Assembly (NCBI RefSeq): GCF_009914755.1
Contig: NC_060930.1
Origin: the human T2T-CHM13v2.0 reference genome, Homo sapiens
Strand: one strand, 5' to 3'
DNA: 64,000 nucleotides
Made by a program: the position numbers and the translations under genes
Shown: one piece after another, positions 14,043-30,364 of the stretch
How the letters are laid out: every line of letters starts with the position of its first letter
Numbering within the stretch: the first letter of the stretch is position 1
Notes under the pieces: generated by a model
The model's database searches: none
Told to the model about the DNA's origin: nothing
What the model saw: only the letters and a program-made list of their open reading frames with translations

Positions 14043-14717
14043 ATTCAGAGTATGTTTCATGTGTAATAGAGTTAATTCCCCCCATAGGTCTTCCTATCCA
14101 GAGTTCTCCTGGATGGTCTTGCTTGTCTTTGCTTTTTTATTTAAAATCAGCTTGTCTGTTTCCAGAAGAAAAATGTTGGAGTTTTTATTGGAATCGGTTA
14201 AAATTATAAGTTAGTATTAAAATGTTCACATGTGTGTGATGTTGAGTCTTCCTCTCCAAAATCAGGATATGTCTCTCCATTGATTCAAGTCCACTTTTGT
14301 ATCCTTCAGGAGTAGGATTAAGTTTTTCTGCAGAGTTTTGGCATGATTCTTGAGTTTATTTTGGAGGACAGGGGCTGTTATTTTTAGTAAATGGGCTAAT
14401 TTTGTCTGTGTATTTTTGAATTGGTTGTTCGTATATGTGAAAGCTGCTGATTTCTGTGTGTTAATTTGTGTCTGGCTACCTTTCTGAAGTTCACTTTTGT
14501 TGTTGTTTATTGGAGCTTTTCAGTTGATTATTCAGCACTTTTTCAGTATATAGTTATTTGCAAGTAGTAATTACTGACCTCTTCCTTTTTATACCTTTCA
14601 TGTCTTTTTATTTACTATTACCTTTAAGACAGTATTTTAAAAATGTTGACAGAGGCTTATCTTTTAGCAGGAATGTCAGCCCATTAAGTATGATGCTTGT
14701 TTTGGGCTGAAAACAAA

Positions 14718-14725
14718 CTGTGTGT

Positions 14726-14757
<32 letters not shown>
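14718..14757 (+). repeat. (TG)n microsatellite
   Basis: Seen directly. Confidence 0.95.
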
Positions 14758-14758
<1 letters not shown>

Positions 14759-14790
14759 TCATTTTAATGTTCAATTCTGTATCTCCCATT

Positions 14791-15147
14791 TTTTTATTAT
14801 ACTTTAAGTTCTAGGGTACATGTGCACAACATGCAGGTTTGTTACATATGTACTCATGTGCCGTGTTGGTTTGCTGCACCCATTAACTCGTCATTTATAT
14901 TACGTATTTCTCCTAATGCTATCCCTCCCACATCCCCCCACCCCATGACAGGCCCTAGTGTGTGATGTTCCCCGCCCTGTGTCCAAGTGTTCTCTTTGTT
15001 CAGTTCCCACCTATGAGTGAGAACATGCAATGTTTAGTTTTCTGTCCTTGCAATAGTTTGCTCAGAATGATGGTTTCCAGCTTCATCCGTGTCGCTACAA
15101 AGGACATGAACTCATCCTTTTTTATGGCTGCATAGTATTCCATGGTG
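14791..15147 (-). mobile_element. L1PA (PA4-6-like) 3' end
   Basis: ORF 15000..15188 ends MFSLIGGN; TSD TCTCCCATTTTT starting at 14782 and 15148. Confidence 0.88.
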
Positions 15148-15603
15148 TCTCCCATTTTTAAGCAAGAAGATTGTTGAATTTTTTTCAAAGGTCTTTTTCA
15201 GCATCTATAGATGCTAAAAATATAACTTTTCTTCTTAGATCTTTTAATAAATTACATTAATATATTAGTATTTCTTCATATTGAGTCATTCTTATATTTT
15301 AGGAGGCTATTTAGTTATATCGAAGTGACCATTCTAAACTTTATCTCATGTTTCTTTCAAGATGTTTAAGGAATTTCACAGTGGCAAAGAGAAATACGAA
15401 ATTTTCTGAGTTATGTAAACTAATTTGTTCAAGGAAAACATGCTGCCTTTGAAAAATCCTTATGTACTTTCAAGCTTTATTATTAATATATTATTAAATA
15501 TCAAGTGCATTTTAAAATACTTTTTAAATCTTAAGACCATTGTATGTACACAGTACATAGGCTTATTTCAGATCCTCTGTCCAAATGAAAACAAAATTGT
15601 CGT

Positions 15604-15897
<294 letters not shown>

Positions 15898-16717
15898 TAA
15901 AAATATACATTTCCTATCATAGATTCATAGTTAAACTACGGCCAACAGATTTGAAATGTGTAACTGTTGAAAACAAAAGTTCAAATTAACTTTAAAATGC
16001 ATTTTTTTCTGTTATGTACGTAACCTACACTTTTCAAATTTAAAATTAAAAAAAAAACAGCAACAATAACATGTAGGAATTGTAATGAACTCTTGTTGCG
16101 TTCACTTCTTTGCATAACTCGTTATTGCCTGTACAAACAAATTAAGCAGGAAGAGGAAGAACCTCCACAATGACATTAGCCTTTCCTGGCCTGTTTTCAG
16201 TAGTTGATACTTTAGGGGCAATTAAATTCTTTGGTCGAGTAAGTCAGGCAAAGCTGAATCCTCACTGGAGTTGCTGAATCTGAAAGAGATTCCTCTACTC
16301 CTTAGAGCTCATGATATAATGATTGGAATATTGCACTAGGGGAAGGAAACCTGGGTTTCACCTCCAAGTTGACCATGAACTTAGTGTGCAGCTGTGGATG
16401 GGGTTCTTAATTCTCTGGGTCTTTGAATCTGCACATGATGATGTTCGCCGCCAGGAAACCTGTGGAGCACCTGCCCTGATTCTTCCTTTCTGTTCTGTGT
16501 TCGCTGACATAAGCAAAACGGAACAGACAACATGTGCAGGGGTGAATTTGTGAGCATGCCCAGGGCTGCTGTGCTTGGGGTGAATCACATTACCCTTGGG
16601 TACCTCTTCACTTGCATCTGGGAAAAAACTGATTGAGTCTCACATGCATGATATTCCTCTGTGGAAATGCATGGCATGTATCTACAGCTCAGTCCATGCC
16701 AGAAGTTCCTGAGAGCT

Positions 16718-17155
<438 letters not shown>

Positions 17156-17214
17156 CTCTTGAGAGTAACCAGCAACTTTCTTCCTAACATTTTCTCCTCA
17201 AAAATACCCTTTCA

Positions 17215-17379
17215 TTAGCTGAGCATGGTGGCACGCACCTGTAGCCCTGGCTTCTCGGGAGACTGAAGCGGGAGGATCATTTTAGCCCAGGAGTTCTAGG
17301 CTGCAGTGGGCCACTATCACGGTATTGCACTCCAGCCTGGGTGACAGAGGAGGCTCTGTCCTAAAAAAAGAAGAAAAAA
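17215..17379 (+). mobile_element. Alu right monomer (FRAM/AluJ-like)
   Basis: tagctgagcatggtggc...gcactccagcctgggtgacaga followed by an A tail. Confidence 0.8.
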
Positions 17380-17678
17380 ATATGCTTTTAGAGGATTGTT
17401 TCCAATGTCCTGAATTAATCATGTTACTGAATACTGCAGAATATATGTTCTTTGTCTTGCCTCTTGCCTTGACGCCTCTTTTCCCTACTTGCCGTCTTTC
17501 TAAAACTGTGCCCATAATTGGAAATTTGTTGTTGTTTTCTATCTAGACTTCGAGATAACTCTGTTGTTTGCCTGGAGGCTGCTTCAGCAATACTTTTGTA
17601 CAAAAGGAATGACCTCTTTACATACTGATTTCGTTTAGCTTATCTTGTTATTTCTATTCATGCACCCATTCCCACAAA

Positions 17679-17720
17679 ACACACAGACACACACACACAC
17701 ACACACGTGCGCACGTGCAC
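17679..17720 (+). repeat. (CA)n ending in palindrome CACGTGCGCACGTG
   Basis: Seen directly. Confidence 0.9.
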
Positions 17721-18469
17721 TCCCTCCACTCATCTATGAATTCCTCATGATATTGTATTGGCTACATGTAAGAAAAAACAGTCTCAGTCAAATGTATGGG
17801 CACACTGGCTGAAGCATCACTCTGATTCTAGGGAATGTGTTTGCAGATTTATTATATTACTATGCATAAAGCAAGTACAAAATATGTTTTCCAACCTTCA
17901 GTATTTTTTTCCTTTTCTGGTTGTCTTTACATTGTGGTTTAACACTGTTAGTTTTAAAACATGCCAGATTTTACATACACACACATATGTTATAACATAT
18001 TACACACCAAGTCTTTTTCATGTATCAAATATAAGATGTTTTAGTGATGTAAAAGAGAACTCACATGTGTTTGCAATACAAATCCTTTCCCTTTTAGAAA
18101 ACCCTTTTAAAAAAATATTTTAAATAGTGAGGTACTTGGAATGCTGATACTTGACTTTCAATTGCTTTAGTTAAAACAAATTCATATACAGGTAAAGTAG
18201 CATGATTTATAACTTTGGGCCCACCTGTTGAGAGTTGGGGTTTATTACAAGGTTCCAGAATTATGCTCTTTTCTTCCAGCCCTGTCTCTGTCTAGCACTG
18301 TGCCCATAATAGCTAGTAAGTGTTTTCTAAATACATAAGTGAAAACAAGTATTTAAATGGATGAATCAAATTATTAAGGAAGAATGGAATCAATGGACAG
18401 ATGAATTTACTGTGGCGGACAGCTTGAATCAAGCCAAACCTAGACCAGTAGTTAAAAAACAAATCATCA

Positions 18470-18793
<324 letters not shown>

Positions 18794-18906
18794 TCATGAA
18801 ATTAGCAAGTGAAATATTGAGAAACATAGACTATTATCAACACCTGTGAAAAGAAGGGGAAAAATACGTAGACTATTAGATTGCCATGTCTCTGTAGATT
18901 TTTGTT

Positions 18907-18915
18907 TCTCTCTCT

Positions 18916-18955
<40 letters not shown>

Positions 18956-18958
18956 CAC
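18907..18958 (+). repeat. (CT)n(CA)n microsatellite
   Basis: Seen directly. Confidence 0.95.
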
Positions 18959-19166
18959 GAGTCCTGATTTTATCACAGCTGTGACAGTTTATCCAGTACC
19001 CGCCTCATTCCCTTCATTCTCGTTGCTCTTTTGTAGTTGAGGAAAGTGAGCCATTGAAAGACTGGGGCTCTGAGGCAATATAAGAAAGTGAGACTAAGAT
19101 ACATAAGTAACCTGAAAATTCACCAATATATTGACTTATAATCACTGACAATAGAAACACCTTTAG

Positions 19167-19516
<350 letters not shown>

Positions 19517-21138
19517 TCTATAAATATTTTAAACTGAAGGTCAGGTTAAGAAATAGAATTTCGTTTGGTTTTCCAGTTTGGATTGGGTTGTGGCATGTTG
19601 CTTCCCCCTCAATTGTTTTCAAAATGATAGCGATCGGGCAAGAAATGACTTTGGAGTCTGAAAGGGTAAGTTGGGAAATTAAACTTTTGGTGGGGACTTT
19701 ACTGTGTATTTCTAATAATCAAATCTCCCTGGTTTCAAGAGTCTTTGACCGTATTTATATCATTGTAAACATCTGGATGGAAAGTGAAAAATTCAGTTGA
19801 TTATCTCAATATATACAAATACAGGCAGTCCCAAACTTCTCAGTGAGATCCCCTCTCCCCAAAGCTCATTTGTAAATTATTTCTTAGAAACTTGGAAGAC
19901 ATTCTCCCATAGACATTTCCCATAGACCATGGGTGGTTGGGCTCCCATGGAAAGATATCGAACAGCACCGCCGCACGTGCTGTGCACAGAGGCTGCAGCT
20001 CGAAAACTATTCACTAACGGTTTGTACCATGAGATAAGTACAGAAATTATGCGTTACACTTTGAAAACTTGTATAGCAGTGCAACAGAGGAATTGTCTGC
20101 TAAATCTAGTAATTGAAATAACTTAGACTTGTACTATACTTCGTATTTCAGTTTTTTTAATTTCATTTTTCTAGTACTGCATTTTTACTTATTTTACAAA
20201 GGTATCAGTCTGTGATAGATGAGACATTATGAAGAAAAACCTTCCCTATAGGTTACTGAGCAGTACTTACATAATGCAAAATACTAAAACATTTATTTTA
20301 CCATGCTTTTAGTTAAATGAGACAAGAAAACAATAACATGAAATGAAAAATAGTCATCTGTTATGAATGCTGACACCTAGGGGAATGTGAGTTTAATTAG
20401 AGAAAGTCAAAGACATAAATAGGGATTTCTATGTGTATTTTCAGCTGACTTTGGGTCTGATTCCTTTCTACTTTAGATACCAAACAAGATTTTTCTTTTT
20501 TCTTTATATGAGTATATAGTTATGCTGCTTTGGTGCTTAGCAACCATTATTGGGGTTACCTTGGAATTCACGAGTGGGACAAAAAGACAGGAAAAGAGAT
20601 TTTCTGAGGATAACCGAGTAGGAATTGAAAGAAAGAAGAGTAGGGAGGTGGCATATGCACTTAAGAGAGATTTGTCTTGTTAAAAATAAATTCTGGAGGG
20701 ATATTCATTGAATTACTGACGGTGGTCACCCTTGTGGGGTGGGATTATTGAGTGTTTTTACAGTTTAAACATCCATGTCTTTTGAACTTTTTACAACAAG
20801 CATGTGTTGCTGTTATCATCAGAAGAGGGGAAAAGGAATATTTGGTGCTAGAATAAAAATGCTTGGAATCAAGATACTGCCTGAAAGGCAGTTCATCTAG
20901 CAGCAAAAAACAAAGTAAAGAGAAAATGTGGGCATCAGCTGGTGTGACCAATCCTGCACAGCTTGGCTGCAGGGCACCCTAGTGGTCAGGGGTCCCAGCT
21001 GCCTGGGAATCCACGGGGAATGAGGAACCAGTGTTTAGCAAGCACCTTTCATGGTTGAGCGGTCATAGTGAGTTCTCAATGCAGGTGAGTTAATATTGGG
21101 TGGACCTGGTTCATGAATGACCAAATCTGGTTCTTAGC

Positions 21139-21429
<291 letters not shown>

Positions 21430-21609
21430 CTTAGCTAAATTTTACAGTCACTAGAGATTAACTTTCTTTTCTTGCCTTATTTTCGTTTTCCATATTAGTA
21501 AGAGAGGCAATTTTTTAAAAGGGGAAGGAAAACTAGTATTTGTGGAGGGTCTGCTAGGTATCAGGCCCTGGGCACAGCTATCAACAAACATTACTTCCTT
21601 AATCATTAG

Positions 21610-21907
<298 letters not shown>

Positions 21908-22877
21908 AAGAGTTTTTAATGTATCTTTCGAGGTAATGAAACCATGCCTCAGAAAGGTTGGGTAAGTTGGGAATGGCTATGTGTGTAGTAAGGGGTAGAG
22001 TTGAATTCGATCCCAGGCCTATCTGAAGTTCATGCTTGTGGTTTCTCTACTACATCACACTGCTTTACAGTAATTTCAGTCCTTCATTATTAAGCAGTAA
22101 TTACTGAGCTTCTGTTGTAACAAAGGCCCTTCTATATAGGCACCTACTGGCTTAGTCCTCTGGAATATATCTTCTATGTGGCGCCACAAGGCATGTATAC
22201 ATGCATGAAAGCTTGGATAAGAATATGACTTAAATAACACAAAATGAAAGGATAATGCCGTAATGCTTAGTGTCACAGTGGATTCTAATATAAGGAGTAC
22301 CTTGTTGTCTCTGATTTTTCTGAGCGGCCTTAGTAGCCAAGTGTCCTTTATTTGTGAAAACCCAAGATTCATCAACCATGAAGGATTTGCTGGTTCTCTA
22401 AGTCAAAAGATTTGGCTTAAATATGTTGATAAAGTGCTTCAGATTCCTTAAGTGATAGAAAAACAAGTTAGAGAATTTGGAGAGGAGCCAATCTGCCAAG
22501 TGGTTTGTGGCTATACAGTGATTGAATTTGAAAATGCAGTTTATTCAGGAGAATGGTTTTGTTCAGAATATAAACTTCTAACAATATTCATGCCTGTCAG
22601 AAAAGCAAATGGATTTGAACATGCAATGGTGTTTTCTTTCTTTTCCTATTCCCATACTGTTTTAAATTCTTTCCAGTCTTTGATCTTTTAAAATATAAAT
22701 TGCAATAATAAATTATTTAGAAGAGTTCAGTGTTGGGCTTTTTAAGTTACAATGATTGGTCTTACATTATAGATTTTGCAGACTTTTCTGCACATACTGT
22801 TTCTGTAACCTGCTTATTTAACTTAGACCATGTCTTCTGGGTCTCTTTCCATGTCAATGAGTTGAAGTCTACATTAT

Positions 22878-23196
<319 letters not shown>

Positions 23197-23506
23197 TAGT
23201 ATTTCTTCACGTGTTACACCGTAATTGATTCAAACAATCAAAATTATATGTAGATGAAGTAATGTATGTATGAGAATTTAGGGCTTGGACTAAGGTGACA
23301 CAAGTGAACATTGCAGGGTGTGACCTAAAGAGAGAGCACCTCTTAAATTCCATACCATGGGCTCCTTGCTAGCTCTACCCTGGTCCTATCCCTGCAAGGA
23401 TGGTTATCTAGTAGTATTTATAATCATTTAAAAAATTAGTGTCATTTGACTTGTTTTCAGTTTTGACCCTATTGTAAACCAAATTGCAGTTAAAAGCCTT
23501 GTGCAA

Positions 23507-23828
<322 letters not shown>

Positions 23829-24038
23829 TAGTTATATAATTATTTTCTCAAGGAAAATTCCTACAATTAGAAATTCCTGGCCAATGGCAAGTGGTCCCTA
23901 ATATTTATTGCCAAATTATTCTCCCACATATATGTTGTACTGATTCATACTCTCACAGTGTCTTAAATGCTTTAGGCTATTTGGTGATAATTATGAACTA
24001 GGAAAATAAGAGTTTTAGGGAAATGGTGCATGATTTGA

Positions 24039-24459
<421 letters not shown>

Positions 24460-25575
24460 CCAATTCTGCCTTTGATCTATTTGATGTACCAAGAAATTTG
24501 TTTAAATTGCCTCTTTGGGGTTGGATATGACATATTTTGGATGGGGTTGGTGGGGCATTGAGGTCACCTTAACTGAAACCAGTAATGCAGCTGAAATGTA
24601 TGATAGAAGATTCTAGGTCTGGATGTAGAAAAGACACATTGGAGCTGTTTCTTATTGTCAGAGCTGTGCACTGATGTAAATACTTTTGTGAGCTGGAGGT
24701 TGCCAGGGCAACAGTCCTATTAATGAAGAATAAACCTCATTTATTATCAGTGCCAGAATAATTATTTTTTAAATAAATGTACCCAGTGGTCTAACACTGA
24801 CATTCTCAATCTACCTACTCATCTTTCCTTCCCAGATTGCAAAACTATTTAGCCTTATTCAATAAGCATGCCTCCTTTCTCCGCCAATGAGAGTAAAATC
24901 ATTGAAAAAAATCAGTAAAATGTAAGGGCATTAAAAATGCTAATTTTTAACAATTACCTAATATAAAATTATTGCCCTTTTGATTTGTGCTTTGGCTAAG
25001 GTAGAGCCTGAAATCAACTGTGATTTGGTTGGTATTTGAGCAGGCCAGAGTCTTTAAATTAACTTGTCTTTACGATTTAATGGAATATTGCCAACATATT
25101 CGTTAAGTAAGTGGAGTGTGACATTACTGCTTCCTTCCTCCCATCAGACTGTAAATTTAGACTCCGTTTTATTGTGCACACATGGACACTTCAGAAAGGC
25201 AGCTGTGGCTGAGTTGTAGCCTTTATTAAATCTCTTGTCTTGAGGAGCCCGAGAATTGTGTTAAGGGAGACAGTGGTTCCAAATGACTGAGGACCAAGCA
25301 GGGTACGTTCTGGATTTTAGAGGAAAGGAAATCTTCTATCCAAAAAAAAAAAATAATAATAATAACATTTCCCTTTTCATTTTCTTTTTTGTGAAAATGT
25401 TTCTTGTGTTTTGTCAAGCTGAGCAAATGGGAAAACTTACCTTTTCAACCATGGGTCATATCAACAAACCTCCTGTCCAGGTTGGGTGTTTGCTGTCTGC
25501 TCCACACAGTTCACACCTTATCACTTGTTACTCACATGCACTAATGATTCTGTGTTCCTGTCTTGTTTCCCCTGA

Positions 25576-26019
<444 letters not shown>

Positions 26020-27973
26020 TAGGAAAAATAGACAATCCATATTTGAAAAAGAGAACAAAAACCATTCAGAATCCCACTACTTGAAGGTAACTTCCACTGA
26101 TACCATGGCATGTTTATTTCATAAGGACATTATTTGAAAGTCTAAAAAACCCAATCATTGTACAGTCTGTTTTCTCCTTGATACGATAGAATCACAACGT
26201 AATCTGTGCTGACTGTGTGTGTAGGGCAAGTGGCACCTGCCAAGCCCTAGCAGGGTATAGGTATTTCAGATGAGATATTAAAATGCCGACTAATGATGGG
26301 ACCAGTCACAGACCAAGAAAAGCTGGCCCTTCTGTCTCACCATGGCAATTTCAGATTCAACCACAAATAGCAGGCAATCTGATTTCTCATTTCTTAACTC
26401 TTCGCGTTAGACTGTGTTACTGACAAAACAGATTTTACCCTCAGAATAAGTTTTCGCACAAGCAGACGTATATGTTTCTTTGTCGATGGCACTTCTGGCT
26501 TACTTCTTTGTGCCACTTCCTAATGGCACACTGGGAAGAGAGTAATTTCCCAAACTTATCAGGCAAAATAGGAAAAAGGCCATGGGAACCCAACAAGTCA
26601 TAGCAAAGAAACATTCCGTACTTCTTTATTTTATTCTTGGCTATGACAGCACAAAGGGGGCAGTTTGGATGTTGGTTTAATGCCCCACTCCATCTCTATG
26701 ACACCTCCAACCATCCCCAAATAAATATGCTAAAAATAACAATAATAAGCACAAAGAATAAAATCGTATGTAGTTAGTATAAGCATCTTTAGAGGACTTT
26801 GCTATTTTTCATAAGCAGAAGCAATCCAAGTAAAACAGCGCACTTATCAGAGAGTTTCTTAGTGACTTCCCATATCACAGTTTCACTGTCCTTTCCCCCA
26901 GATAACTGTCTCTGAGCCCCTCTCACATAAGTATTTATCACACTCACCCTCACCTCACCCGTAGTCTCCCTACATATGTCAGTTCATGGGGAGATGAACT
27001 GGAATGGAAGTTCCATAACATTGCCTGAATAAGTCCTTTCTAGTTTTAAAAAAAAGTGGAGGAGGGGGCCACATATTTTAACTCACAGGACTGATAGCAA
27101 AAGTTGGGAAGATACAGGGATGTTATGGTTTCTCCATCAACTACTTATAAATCAACATTGGTTGGGTTTAACTTTTAATAATTTATACTCCGTTCAAATC
27201 CTCACCATGTTGTTCCATTCATTCTTCCATCTGCTCAGCAGATCTTGAGCACCTGTTGTGTGGCAGGCAATGGGCAGGGTGGAAACTGAGATTTGAAGGT
27301 GAGGTGGGACTTTGAAGTAGAGACTTGGAAGAATGCTAGAGGGAGCAGACTAGGACAAAACCAATGATGGCATGGAACACTACTGATGACTTTGTAGAAC
27401 TTCTCTATTGAGGTCTAGATGGTGTAGACTAAGGAACTGCCTTTTTCCTGCCTTTCCATTATTGATTTGTTGCATGATTGGTATCACTTGGAACTGTGTA
27501 TCGGGAAAAGACAAATGCCTATGAAATCCATCTGCGTCTTGTTTTTGAGGATGGTCATATGCCCCATCTGTTGTTCTTTGAGCCCTCACCAGTAAAGTCA
27601 GCTCCCGTAATTAATTTTCAGTCACGTTGCCTTGACCACAGTGAACGGAATCCTTATCAAACGGTTAATACATGTAAGTTGTCTGCTATATGCAAAACCC
27701 CATGCTAGGCTCAGCAGAGGATACAGAAGAAGGGAACAGGAAATCTTGGCTCTTTAGGGATGGAGAGTGTCATTGAGGAAGCAGTGAAGACACTATTCCC
27801 ACAAAGTTAACCCACAGTGGTAATTAGTACGGGATTAGGGAGAGGGCAGTAGGCTCAGGTCAGTAGACCCAACTCTAATCCTACATTTGTCCACCAATCT
27901 TGGGAAATTCACTAACCTCTCCAGGTCTTGATTGCTTTTTTGGAGAGGCGGAGACCTGTCTCTGGGTAAATAA

Positions 27974-28319
<346 letters not shown>

Positions 28320-28750
28320 CAGGGCTCCTTCAAGCAGATCCCTGGGATGCATGGGAGACCACCGTGACTGGAGCAGAGGGTACTTGGAGAGGAGTCGTGG
28401 CCGTGACGCTAGAAGATGAGGGTCCAGTTGTACAGGGCTTTGGAGGCCAGGCAAAATTCTAGACTCATCCAAGCCTTTTATAAGAAATGAGAGCTCTTGA
28501 AGTGATTATAAAAACATAAGTGTCCAGGCGCTGGCTGAGTAGGGATGTGATGAGGCATTCTGTCCTCGGCCTGCAGCCTCTGCTCCCAAACACCATTAGC
28601 ACATTTTTACCCTGGGGTCTTGTTTTCTTTCCTTTCACTCTTCTTTTGTAATCTCCCATTATCATGGCTGCCCTGTGCTCAGCAGAGAGGCAAAGTGCTC
28701 ATGTGGCTTCTTTATAAATACTTTTGGGTGGTGATAGTTCCCATGACTGG

Positions 28751-28788
28751 CTTAACTCTGCTCACTTGTCTTCTTCCATTAGGTAAGT
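28751..28788 (+). promoter_or_regulatory. Candidate recursive splice site (branch point, polypyrimidine tract, TAG|GTAAGT)
   Basis: cttaactctgctcacttgtcttcttccattag|gtaagt, junction 28782/28783; no AG between 28738 and 28780. Function is inferred. Confidence 0.4.
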
Positions 28789-29096
28789 GGTAGTAGCTCT
28801 GAAGTCAGTCTTGCTGATATGTTTCAAAAGAACATTGGCTTGACGCAATTATATCCAGCTCTCATGATCTGCATTGTTTTCATTTTCTTTTGCCAAACTT
28901 TTCCGTTTTCTATGCTTCAAGTCTCTCTCTGGGCAATAAAAGAGAACTTGGAAAGAATCAGGATTTAGGAATTCTTGCTTCAGCTTTGACACTTGGGCAG
29001 AGAGCTTTATTTTTTCTAGACATTCATCCCGTCACTTAAAAAAAATGCAAGGATTGAACGAAATGAGCCCCTTCGGATGGTATGAGTGCATGGTTT

Positions 29097-30089
<993 letters not shown>

Positions 30090-30188
30090 GTTTTGTAGTG
30101 GATGGCCTCTGAGCTGTTTTGTTAATTCATCTGCTAATGAAAATGGAATAGAAACGAAAGACAGAATATATGAGGTATCATTTAGGCC

Positions 30189-30364
30189 AGTGGTTTTGAA
30201 AGTGCAGTGTCCAGACTTGAAGCATCAGCCTCACCTGAGAACTTGTAGAAATGCGAATTCTCGGGCCAACCCAAATCTACCGAATCAGAAACTCCGGAGA
30301 TGCGACTCAACAATCAGTTTTAAGAAAGCCTCCAGTTGATTCTGATGGACACACAGAACCACTG
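30189..30364. mobile_element. MER5A-like DNA transposon
   Basis: cagtggtttt...gaaatgcgaattctcgggcc...gaatcagaaact...gaaccactg. Confidence 0.75.

Noticed and set aside
19820-20270. Possible Tigger/Charlie-type DNA transposon remnants (also 42430-42640)
   Set aside because: Resemblance too weak to name or bound without a Dfam search.
21070-21090. CAG|GTGAGT as a recursive site
   Set aside because: Poor pyrimidine tract and an upstream AG about 12 nt away; kept only as an orphan donor.
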